From positions 1 through 32,636 of the IMG/VR virus record IMGVR_UViG_3300046003_008003: a stretch of 32,636 nt of DNA. One strand, given 5' to 3'. The notes beneath the pieces were generated by a model. It did not search any database and had not been told where the DNA came from. It worked only from the letters and a program-made list of their open reading frames with translations. This DNA comes from a virus. Taxonomy: Duplodnaviria; Caudoviricetes. The stretch's first letter is position 1. The number at the start of each line of letters is the position of its first letter. The translations under genes were made by a program, and so were the position numbers. Below, in pieces: positions 18,335 to 25,581 of the stretch.

Positions 18335-18631
18335 ATGACCATGTAGATTAGCTACCAATGCATCGCGACCGAGACCTATACGGGCTGGGGTCGTTTCGAC
18401 CGTCTGGAAACAACCCAGCGGACCAAGGTCTTCGAAGCCGAGACGCTCGAAGCCCTCTACGAGGCCATCTCGAAGTATGCTTCCGAGATCGCCTATCGTA
18501 ATGCGCACATGTGCGAAGACCGGGAGAGCTACTCGGTCGAATACAGTGACATCAACGTGATCACATCCCGTCAACCTATTGACCGGGAGCGCATCATCGT
18601 CCCGGCCACCTTTGAGCCGGAGCAAGACTGA
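18335..18631 (+). pseudogene. 98-codon gene with an in-frame TAG at codon 4
   Basis: Promoter TTGACA-N16-TACCCT, AAGGA RBS, ATG ACC ATG TAG, then 94 open codons ending in a TGATG overlap with the next gene. Confidence 0.65.
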
Positions 18632-19125
18632 TGAACTATAACCGTATCCTGGCCGCCCAGAACATCATGGAGCGCGCCCAAGAGCGCATGGACGATTTCT
18701 ACCGCGAGCAAATCCGTTTGGAGGCCGAGCACTTCAAGGGCCTCGAACCCGAGTTCGCCAAGACCTTCCGGGCAACCTTCAGGAAAATGAATGGCGAGAG
18801 ACAGGTCGGTCGAACCTGGGGGCAGTCCTCGTTTCGGGACGCCAAGATCGTCCCAAAAGACACCGGCATCTTGCTCGAACTCGAATACGAGGACTACTGC
18901 CGGGGCTGCTACATGGGCACCGCCACTGACGAGATGTTCATCCCCCGAGAGTTCATCGACGACCCCGAGGGCGGCCAGAAGTTCTTCGAGCAACGCGTCC
19001 GCGCCATCGAAGAAAAGATTGCCAAGGATGCTGAAGAAGCGCAAGAAGCTTCCGAACGTGCGCGATTGAAAGCAGAAGCTGAGGCCCGCGCCACCTATGA
19101 GCGGCTGAAGGAACAGTTCGAGTGA
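18631..19125 (+). CDS. Hypothetical protein with a coiled-coil C-terminus
   Basis: 164-aa ORF with typical codon bias. Confidence 0.8.
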   Translation: MNYNRILAAQNIMERAQERMDDFYREQIRLEAEHFKGLEPEFAKTFRATFRKMNGERQVGRTWGQSSFRDAKIVPKDTGILLELEYEDYCRGCYMGTATDEMFIPREFIDDPEGGQKFFEQRVRAIEEKIAKDAEEAQEASERARLKAEAEARATYERLKEQFE

Positions 19126-19460
19126 GAATACCGTCGCGACACTGCCCGGTCACCCCGGAACTCCTCCGTGTGCACAAGGAAGAGGAAGGGGTGATCGATT
19201 CCCACCTGTCCAAACTGGCGCGGGAAATCTATCTGTTCCGAGTCCGCGAGACCGGCGTCAAGAAATACGACACCGTCATCAAGGGTTACATGACGGGGTG
19301 GGACATCGACGAGAAGTTCATAACCGTGGAGTTCGAGAACTGGAACTTCGGCGACCGCGAGCACAACTCGATCAGATTCCCGACCGCTTACCTGACCGAG
19401 GACTGGATGGAACTCGAAAAGGCCGCCGAGGCATTTCAGGCCAAGCTGGAAGTGGCTTGA
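19122..19460 (+). CDS. Hypothetical protein
   Basis: GTGA overlap; 112 aa. Confidence 0.75.
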   Translation: MRIPSRHCPVTPELLRVHKEEEGVIDSHLSKLAREIYLFRVRETGVKKYDTVIKGYMTGWDIDEKFITVEFENWNFGDREHNSIRFPTAYLTEDWMELEKAAEAFQAKLEVA

Positions 19461-19489
19461 CAGGCCAGCGCGCATGAGTAGGTTGAAGG

Positions 19490-19590
19490 GGCATTCGGTC
19501 TGTCGAGCTTAATCGCTCACCAAGGCTGGGGGCTAGTCTGGTGGTTCGGGACCCTGAAACGGAACCCCTCCCGAACCATCAGACAAACAT
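19490..19590 (+). ncRNA. Putative small RNA
   Basis: TTGACA-N16-TAGGTT promoter (19457-19484); 16-bp stem 19536-19551/19569-19584; no ORF. Confidence 0.4.
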
Positions 19591-19666
19591 TTCTTATTGA
19601 CACCAAATAAGTGGTGTGCGATAAATAGGTTCATTGGGGGCACAACGCCCTCCAGAGAAGGTTTCC

Positions 19667-19759
19667 ATGTTCGTTTCGTCGTCCTCGCATTGTTCGTCAA
19701 GTCATTCGACGCAAGTCGAAGGCGGGAACGTGTGCGTGGAACCGGTGACCGGGGGATAA
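19667..19759 (+). CDS. Putative attenuator leader peptide MFVSSSSHCSSSHSTQVEGGNVCVEPVTGG
   Basis: GAAGG RBS; 11 consecutive Ser/His/Cys codons; lies between promoter elements (TTGACA 19597, TAAATA 19622) and an intrinsic terminator upstream of the Ser/His/Cys tRNA cluster. Confidence 0.75.
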   Translation: MFVSSSSHCSSSHSTQVEGGNVCVEPVTGG

Positions 19760-19787
19760 CCCCAACCACCAAGACCAAGTGAACATA

Positions 19788-19812
19788 GGCCCCGCCGCAA
19801 GCGGGGTTTTTT
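19788..19812 (+). terminator. Intrinsic terminator (attenuator 3:4 hairpin)
   Basis: GGCCCCGC-CGCAA-GCGGGG-TTTTTT. Confidence 0.8.
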
Positions 19813-19843
19813 AATGCCCAAAATCCACAGGGAGGGTCTGAAG

Positions 19844-20083
19844 ATGCGAGTGAGTCTGCTGATTGAACTGCTTCTTCAGATGCCGAAGAACGCAGAAGTG
19901 TTCGTCAACGGTGCCGAGGTCCAGGGCGCCGAAATTACCAAGGGGCGGGTCCGCAAGGACGTCGTCTCGCCGGGGAAAACCTTCAAGGCTCTGCCGCAAG
20001 GCCGAGACGAAGCGGTTGTCCTCACCCGCCTAACCGAGTTCAGCGATGGCTCGATTGATCACACCGGGGTCTTTGTCCCCTAG
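19844..20083 (+). CDS. Hypothetical protein (79 aa), first gene after the attenuator
   Basis: GGAGG RBS; ATG at 19844. Confidence 0.7.
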   Translation: MRVSLLIELLLQMPKNAEVFVNGAEVQGAEITKGRVRKDVVSPGKTFKALPQGRDEAVVLTRLTEFSDGSIDHTGVFVP

Positions 20084-20116
20084 GAAGAGAAGGAAGACTA
20101 CCGGAGACGGTTCAGA

Positions 20117-20205
20117 GGATGGCTGGCTGAGAGGCTTAAGGCGTCCGATTCGAAATCGGGAGGGGGCAGAGATGTCCTCCATGGGTTCAAATCCCATGCC
20201 ATCCT
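20117..20205 (+). tRNA. tRNA-Ser(CGA)
   Basis: GGATGGC/GCCATCC acceptor, TCCGA-TTCGAAA-TCGGG anticodon arm, long variable arm, TTCAAAT T-loop; no CCA encoded and T at position 73. Confidence 0.8.
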
Positions 20206-20230
20206 CTGAACCGTCTCTGTCAAGATTTAT

Positions 20231-20306
20231 GGTGGCTGTAGCTCAGTGGTAGAGCGTCTGACTGTGACTCAGAAGGCCGGGGGTTCGATACCCCTCAGCC
20301 ACCCCA
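20231..20306 (+). tRNA. tRNA-His(GTG), canonical G-1:C73 type
   Basis: G-GTGGCTG...TCTGA-CTGTGAC-TCAGA...CAGCCAC-C-CCA. Confidence 0.93.
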
Positions 20307-20330
20307 AATCTTCTAGAGAGTATTGATGCT

Positions 20331-20420
20331 GGGCCGGTGGTAGAGTCAGGCTTATTGCGACGGTCTTGAAAACCGTAGAGGGTAAAACCTCCGGGGGTTC
20401 GAATCCCTCCCGGCCCGCCA
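20331..20420 (+). tRNA. tRNA-Ser(TGA)
   Basis: GGGCCGG/CCGGCCC, ACGGT-CTTGAAA-ACCGT, long variable arm, G73, CCA. Confidence 0.92.
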
Positions 20421-20450
20421 TCAATACTTTCAGATCGGAGACTAGCCTGC

Positions 20451-20537
20451 GGAGCGCGGGCAGGATGGTAATGCAGCGGTTTGCTAAACCGTAGGGGGCC
20501 GGAAGGTCCCCACAGGGTTCGACTCCCTGGCGTTCCG
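20451..20537 (+). tRNA. tRNA-Ser(GCT)
   Basis: GGAGCGC/GCGTTCC, GCGGT-TTGCTAA-ACCGT, long variable arm, G73; no CCA encoded. Confidence 0.9.
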
Positions 20538-20575
20538 CTGGCTAGTCTGTGGTCTACTGGTTGACTAAATACTGG

Positions 20576-21064
20576 ATGAAAACCAGTATTCGTAAACCAA
20601 ACTGTGAGTGTTCTACATGCGGCAAGTCGCACTATGCACGACCCGCAAAACTAGAGAGTCAGGACGGGCGAAGCTATTGTAGCAGAGCCTGCTTTGGAAA
20701 GTGGTCTAGGAAGTCAACTGTTCTTTGTGGAGTCTGCGGAAGAGACATCACGGGGAGCAATAACGCAAAAACCTGTTCGAGAGCTTGCTCAAACAAATCT
20801 CGAACGGGCGTCAAATACGGAGAAGGTAGAAAAAGTTGTAAAGTTTCAAAGGGAAATGCTGTTCGTCTTGCCTTGATTGCAGTCAAAGGTGAACCGAAGT
20901 GCGAGAGGTGCGGGTATGACAAATACCCCGACGTGGTTCAGGTCCACCACGTCATAGAGAGATGCCAAGGGGGTTCAGATGAGCCCGAGAACCTTGAGTT
21001 CCTCTGCCCCACCTGTCACAGCGAAGAGCACCACCTTAGAAGGACGGTTGGCCGAGTGGTTTAA
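20576..21064 (+). CDS. Zn-finger HNH homing endonuclease within the tRNA cluster
   Basis: YCSRAC/TCSRAC repeats, CERCG...VHHV...GGSDEPENLEFLCPTCHSEEH; TAAATA 4 nt upstream; more AT-rich than its flanks. Confidence 0.85.
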   Translation: MKTSIRKPNCECSTCGKSHYARPAKLESQDGRSYCSRACFGKWSRKSTVLCGVCGRDITGSNNAKTCSRACSNKSRTGVKYGEGRKSCKVSKGNAVRLALIAVKGEPKCERCGYDKYPDVVQVHHVIERCQGGSDEPENLEFLCPTCHSEEHHLRRTVGRVV

Positions 21065-21133
21065 GGCGCGCGCCTGGAAAGTGCGTGTGGGCAGAAATGT
21101 CCACCGAGAGTTCGAATCTCTCACCGTCCGCCA
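21042..21133 (+). tRNA. tRNA-Ser(GGA)
   Basis: GGACGGT/ACCGTCC, CGCGC-CTGGAAA-GTGCG, long variable arm, G73, CCA. Confidence 0.93.
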
Positions 21134-21144
21134 TTTACTGGTAT

Positions 21145-21220
21145 GCTGGAGTAGCTCAATCGGGAGAGCGCGGGTTTGTGGAGCCCGAGGTAGTGAGTTC
21201 GAAACTTACCTTCAGTACCA
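21145..21220 (+). tRNA. tRNA-His(GTG), alphaproteobacterial type (no G-1, G1.U72, A73)
   Basis: T-GCTGGAG...CGGGT-TTGTGGA-GCCCG...CTTCAGT-A-CCA. Confidence 0.9.
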
Positions 21221-21307
21221 GTAAAGTTTCCGAGGAGGCAGGGGTTCTGACAAAGCCTTCTCGGTAGGGATGCCAGTCGTAGCCCAAAAGGCATCCCGTG
21301 CGTTTTC

Positions 21308-21383
21308 CGCCCTGAGGTCGAAGAGTCGAGGCACTCGCCTGCAAAGCGAGACGAAGTGGGTTCGAGTCCCACCAGGGCGTCCA
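21308..21383 (+). tRNA. tRNA-Cys(GCA)
   Basis: CGCCCTG/CAGGGCG, CTCGC-CTGCAAA-GCGAG, U73, CCA; D-loop lacks the usual GG. Confidence 0.85.
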
Positions 21384-21444
21384 AAAAGAATTTCCATTTG
21401 GGTGAACCAGATAATAGGGTCTGTTCACCCCAGAGGAAGTTCCC

Positions 21445-21786
21445 ATGACGAAGACCGAAGCCGACGCCCTAGCCCGTGAGATCGCCGTGATTGAGGTTCG
21501 GCTCCGGGCCATCCAGTTCGCCGCAGGCCTGAGGGCCCGACGCGCAGGACTCGGAGAAGGGGCCTGCCGTTGGCGCGGTTGCAAGAACCGGAAGTGGTGG
21601 ATGGAAGGCTTCGACGCCGACCCAAACGCCAACCACGGGGAGGTGATGTTCGATGCGATTCCGGCCGGGGAATATCCCGAGCTTCTTGGCAGCGAAGAAC
21701 GCTTCAACGCTACCCTCAAGGAGAGGTTCGGCGCACGACAAAATGAAATCAAGACGGTCTTCGCCATCATGAAGACCGGCTGGTAA
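21445..21786 (+). CDS. Hypothetical protein
   Basis: GAGG RBS; 113 aa. Confidence 0.7.
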   Translation: MTKTEADALAREIAVIEVRLRAIQFAAGLRARRAGLGEGACRWRGCKNRKWWMEGFDADPNANHGEVMFDAIPAGEYPELLGSEERFNATLKERFGARQNEIKTVFAIMKTGW

Positions 21787-21802
21787 ACCAAAGGGGACTA
21801 CC

Positions 21803-22421
21803 ATGCTGCGAGGCACACGAATCATCACCGGCCAGGAGGCCGCCGCCTACACGAATGCAATCAATACCCTCCGGGGGTTGGTTCATTGAAGCTGGCTACG
21901 AGGAAGTAATCCTGCCTGCTCTGTGGGAGCAGCAAACCTTTATAGACAAGGCCGGACCTGAGATCGTCAATCAGATGTGGGCCTTCCAGGACAAGGGCGG
22001 ACGAGACGTCTGCCTCATCCCCGAGGTCACCGGGCTCGTCCAAGAGACGTGGCGAGACGACTGGTCGAAGACCTCCAAGAGCCGTCGCATCTTCTACGTC
22101 AGCCGTTGCTACCGCTATGAGCGTCCGCAGGCTGGCCGCTATCGGGAGTTCACCCAGTTCGGCATCGAACTCCTGGGCGAGGCCGAGAACGGGCGCGAAG
22201 AAACCATGGAACTTCTCGACCGCTGTCTCGGCAGCCTATGCGAGAATTACACCTTGAATGGCAGCGTGAAGCGTGGTCTAAGCTACTACGTCGAAGATGG
22301 CTTTGAAGCAGAGTGCAGTGCGCTCGGTGCTCAGAAGCAGATCGCGGGGGGTGGACGCTACGCCGAAGGCATCGGCTGGGCCATCGGTGTGGATAGGCTG
22401 TTGCTCGCCATGGAGAAGTAA
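21803..22421 (+). CDS. hisS: Histidyl-tRNA synthetase, catalytic domain only (about 205 aa), +1 frameshift near 21875
   Basis: MLRGTR.. N-terminus in one frame; GYEEVILP, motif 2 YRYERPQAGRYREFTQFGIE, RGLSYY, GGGRY and motif 3 GIGWAIGVDRL in the next frame. Confidence 0.82.
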
Positions 22422-22645
22422 TGAAACGCGCCGTTCAGGAAGCCGCTACGAAATGGCTGGTCGCGCAGGACAAAATCCGGCGTCTCCAGGTACGATTTGA
22501 AGAGATCAACAAGGAACTGGGGGAACTTCCTCTGGGCTCCGAGCGGCGTCTCGTCGATCTCCTGAAAGAATCTTGGCAGATTGAGGCCGATCTAGCCATG
22601 ATGGATGATGAGCAGGCGGCGGTCGAGAAAGTGATCACGGAATGA
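22421..22645 (+). CDS. Hypothetical coiled-coil protein
   Basis: TAATG-coupled. Confidence 0.65.
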   Translation: MKRAVQEAATKWLVAQDKIRRLQVRFEEINKELGELPLGSERRLVDLLKESWQIEADLAMMDDEQAAVEKVITE

Positions 22646-22833
22646 AAGACGTTCTCGGCATGGACGCCATCATTGGCTTGACGGTCGAGCAGGCCGAGAA
22701 ACGTCTCCTGTCCTTCGGATGCACCATTCGGGTCGTGTCCGTTGACGGCGTCGGTGGGGCGATGACAGCAGACTTCGACCCGTCCCGCATCGACGTCTGC
22801 GTTCGGGGCGGCATCATCGTGAGCTTCAAATGA
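22642..22833 (+). CDS. Potato inhibitor I / I78-like small protein
   Basis: IIGLTVEQA..IRVV..MTADFDPSRIDV..GII pattern. Confidence 0.55.
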   Translation: MKDVLGMDAIIGLTVEQAEKRLLSFGCTIRVVSVDGVGGAMTADFDPSRIDVCVRGGIIVSFK

Positions 22834-22960
22834 AGTTCCGACTCATCAAGGACGGCCATGTATGACCCATCCCAGCAGGTTGCGCTGCTCCTGGCCGAGG
22901 ACATCGCCCTCGACCTCTACGGCATGATCACGCGGCGGGCCGTCAAATGGAGACACGAGC

Positions 22961-23287
22961 GTGACTGATTTCATCTCGCAGAACCTTCAGACCAACCTCC
23001 TCTGGCTGACCGAGCACGCGCTCATGTTCACGATCTCGGTGAACGATCATCGAGGTTCATACGCAACGGTTGCAGAGGAACTCGAACGATTTCCAAGGAG
23101 GAAAGCGGATTTCGAAAGTGAGGCCGACATGTTGGCTGCCGTTTTGGCCAACGTGGAGTTTGACCTCGTCGTGTACCCCAGAACGCCGGTTGGATACTAT
23201 AACCTGTCGGGAAGCACGCTGGAGCGTCTGGTCGAGCGCGCCTGCGAGATCACCGCTCACGCCAAGGGTTATCGCCCCACGCCCTAG
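22961..23287 (+). CDS. Hypothetical protein
   Basis: GGAG RBS, GTG start, 108 aa. Confidence 0.65.
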   Translation: MTDFISQNLQTNLLWLTEHALMFTISVNDHRGSYATVAEELERFPRRKADFESEADMLAAVLANVEFDLVVYPRTPVGYYNLSGSTLERLVERACEITAHAKGYRPTP

Positions 23288-23670
23288 ACCAGTCGGCCCT
23301 TTTTCTTATCCCAACCCACAGTCTCGTAGAAAGACCAGAGGTCTTTATAGCGCAACACGGGGACGCCCCGCTCGTGCTCTGGGACCCAGTCCGTAATGCC
23401 GCATCTCACCATCGACGCGGTCGTGCGGTCCTGTTCGGCCTGCCATTCTTCAAAGCGATAGCCGGTGAACCAACGGGTTGGACGCTTGCGTTTGTTCTCT
23501 CCGAACTTCGCTTCCAACTGTTTGTTGCGGAAAGATTCCCAACTGGTTAGCTGGACGTAGCCAGTGGGCATCGAGACGCCCGCCATGGTGATGATATGCA
23601 GAGCCACCATGTTGCCATGTTCGCGTTCGATGGCAATCCAATCGTTGGTGGTTTTCATGCTGTAGGCCAT
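23284..23670 (-). CDS. Hypothetical protein
   Basis: 128 aa from MAYSMK; promoter-like sequence immediately upstream. Confidence 0.65.
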   Translation of the reverse strand: MAYSMKTTNDWIAIEREHGNMVALHIITMAGVSMPTGYVQLTSWESFRNKQLEAKFGENKRKRPTRWFTGYRFEEWQAEQDRTTASMVRCGITDWVPEHERGVPVLRYKDLWSFYETVGWDKKKGRLV

Positions 23671-23714
23671 ATTCTCTAGTATGGCGGTTCGGGCCTGCGC
23701 GCAATAAATGATTG

Positions 23715-24413
23715 CTACAATACTCGCATGGTCTGGTGTTTCACATCGTCGGGAAGGGCCACGATCTCGCTCTCGTTGCGGCGCGACAAATAAGCGAGCA
23801 CGTTCGCTTTCTTGACTCGGCCACGAACGAGCGTCGGCGTCCGGCTGCCGCCTTCCCATCGATTGGCGAACCAGACGGCTCGCTTGCGGTCGGTGGTCCA
23901 CGACATTCCGTATTCGCTGCCCGAGAGGGCGATGCCCCGATAGACGACGATCTCGTCGTCCATCTTCTCAAGGGCGGCACGATCATTGGCATCCATGGCG
24001 AGATGGCGATGAGGAATGTCGGCGTCCCAGACTTCCATCCATTCGTCCAGCGACTGGTAGATGTTCTCGCTATCGACCCAGACGGAGGTGACGAGCGGCC
24101 ACACAATCGCGGGGTCCTGAATCCAGCGGTCAAACATGATCTCGCGCAGGATGTCGATGCGATAGGGACGTTCGTGAAGGAAGACGTAGGTGTGCCAGTC
24201 CTCGGCGGCCTCGGCCTTCTTCAGGGCCTCGGTCTTGGCGGCGACCTGGAGGTTGATCATCCGGTTGAACGCCGGGGAATACATGACGTGGATGTTGAGC
24301 GGGTGATGGAAAATCTGACCCAACCCGTTGGCGGATTCGGTGACGTATCCCTTCAGGTGCGGAGCAAGCTCCTCTTCGCGGAAAATGTCCCTGATGTCAG
24401 ACTCGATGCGCAT
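23715..24413 (-). CDS. Protein with a C-terminal ADP-ribosyltransferase-like (R-S-E) domain
   Basis: VVYRG ... GMSWT ... NESEIV motifs; start 6 nt after TTGACA-N16-TAGGAT. Confidence 0.55.
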   Translation of the reverse strand: MRIESDIRDIFREEELAPHLKGYVTESANGLGQIFHHPLNIHVMYSPAFNRMINLQVAAKTEALKKAEAAEDWHTYVFLHERPYRIDILREIMFDRWIQDPAIVWPLVTSVWVDSENIYQSLDEWMEVWDADIPHRHLAMDANDRAALEKMDDEIVVYRGIALSGSEYGMSWTTDRKRAVWFANRWEGGSRTPTLVRGRVKKANVLAYLSRRNESEIVALPDDVKHQTMRVL

Positions 24414-24443
24414 CCCAACATCCTATCTCCGGGATAGGAACTG

Positions 24444-25505
24444 TCAACGGGAAAGTAGTATGAGGAGTTCTTTATTCTGTTGCCCTGCTAGGGGATTTGC
24501 GTGCTTTGCTGCATTCCCGATCTGCGACATGATATTTCGACGATAATCGACCTCCGAAACGGTCACTCGGCCGTATTTCGACAGCACGTCGAGCAAAACG
24601 TCACGTTCGACGATGCTCTCATCGGAATATGAGATCAGGCAGTGACGGGTGGGCAGCCGGGCGACTAGCGTCTCGAATGCCCCCAAAGCCGTCTTGGGAG
24701 AGTTCCACAGCGACGACATCGAGCCATCGAAGTCGGTGTCCTTCGTAACCCTGTCGGCTCTCCTGCGGGCCTTCAGGGCGGTCCTGGGCTTATCCCAACG
24801 GGCGATGCTGTCCCAGATGTGGTAGTAGGTCGAATACGAGTGCGGACTATATGGCGGGTCCAGGTAGGCGACGTCTGCCTCGCGGTAGTCGATGTCGAGG
24901 CAGTTGCCCTCGTGATGAATGCCGACCGGTCCCTCGACGATGGGTGGGACCTTGAACTCGATGTCATTGTAGGACCGCTTGCACCATTCTTTCAGGTAGG
25001 CCTGTTGGACCCCCACGGTGTTGTCCACGGCGTCGAGGGCGCGGATGATCGACGTGATGAGAGAATAGTAGAGCCAGGGCTGGTCTTTGAAATCCTCAGC
25101 ACAATCTCTTGCCCAGTCCGCCCGCATCGCGTTCTTGAGTTGGAAACACCGGCCGTCTCCGCGTGGCGCATCTTGAGGAACGTCCCCGGTATAGTTCTCG
25201 CTCAGCCATCCGGGTTGCCGAACCACAGACTCGTTCATGACCGAAATCCATAGGGGCAAATCCTTCCGCGCAGCATTTGGGTTGTGCACGAAAGTATTCG
25301 CGTAAGCGGTCGTGGCCCAACTCAGATCGGAGGTGTCGGTTCTGACGCCCATCTGGCGCAGATGCTGCGCGACCCTGGTGGTTCCACTGAATACGTCTAT
25401 GGCGGTCTTGGCGCCGAGATCGGCCACGGCTTGGCCAATGTAGGGGAGGAGCTTCTTCTTGGACCCGAGATACTTGACCCCATGGGTCTCAATGTTGGTG
25501 CTCAT
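24444..25505 (-). CDS. DNA adenine methyltransferase (D12 class)
   Basis: KYLGSKKKLL, DVFSGT (motif I), YLDPPY (motif IV), LISYS. Confidence 0.88.
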   Translation of the reverse strand: MSTNIETHGVKYLGSKKKLLPYIGQAVADLGAKTAIDVFSGTTRVAQHLRQMGVRTDTSDLSWATTAYANTFVHNPNAARKDLPLWISVMNESVVRQPGWLSENYTGDVPQDAPRGDGRCFQLKNAMRADWARDCAEDFKDQPWLYYSLITSIIRALDAVDNTVGVQQAYLKEWCKRSYNDIEFKVPPIVEGPVGIHHEGNCLDIDYREADVAYLDPPYSPHSYSTYYHIWDSIARWDKPRTALKARRRADRVTKDTDFDGSMSSLWNSPKTALGAFETLVARLPTRHCLISYSDESIVERDVLLDVLSKYGRVTVSEVDYRRNIMSQIGNAAKHANPLAGQQNKELLILLSR

Positions 25506-25581
25506 CAGAGGAGTGTCGCATAACATCCCTCTGGACTTCAAAATCATTGACAGAAATCAGCATAGCGGCCATAGGGGGCTG

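Noticed and set aside
18335-18346. Genome-wide TAG reassignment
   Set aside because: Several genes end cleanly in TAG (e.g. 9215, 12476, 20083, 23287, 31615), and long genes contain no in-frame TAG.
19629-19790. 6S RNA, tmRNA, SRP or RNase P gene
   Set aside because: No diagnostic motifs for these RNAs; the leader ORF plus alternative hairpins explain the region better.
22830-22968. Possible frameshift joining MKFRLIKD to MYDPSQQ...
   Set aside because: The second ORF has its own AAGGA RBS and both pieces are too short to judge.
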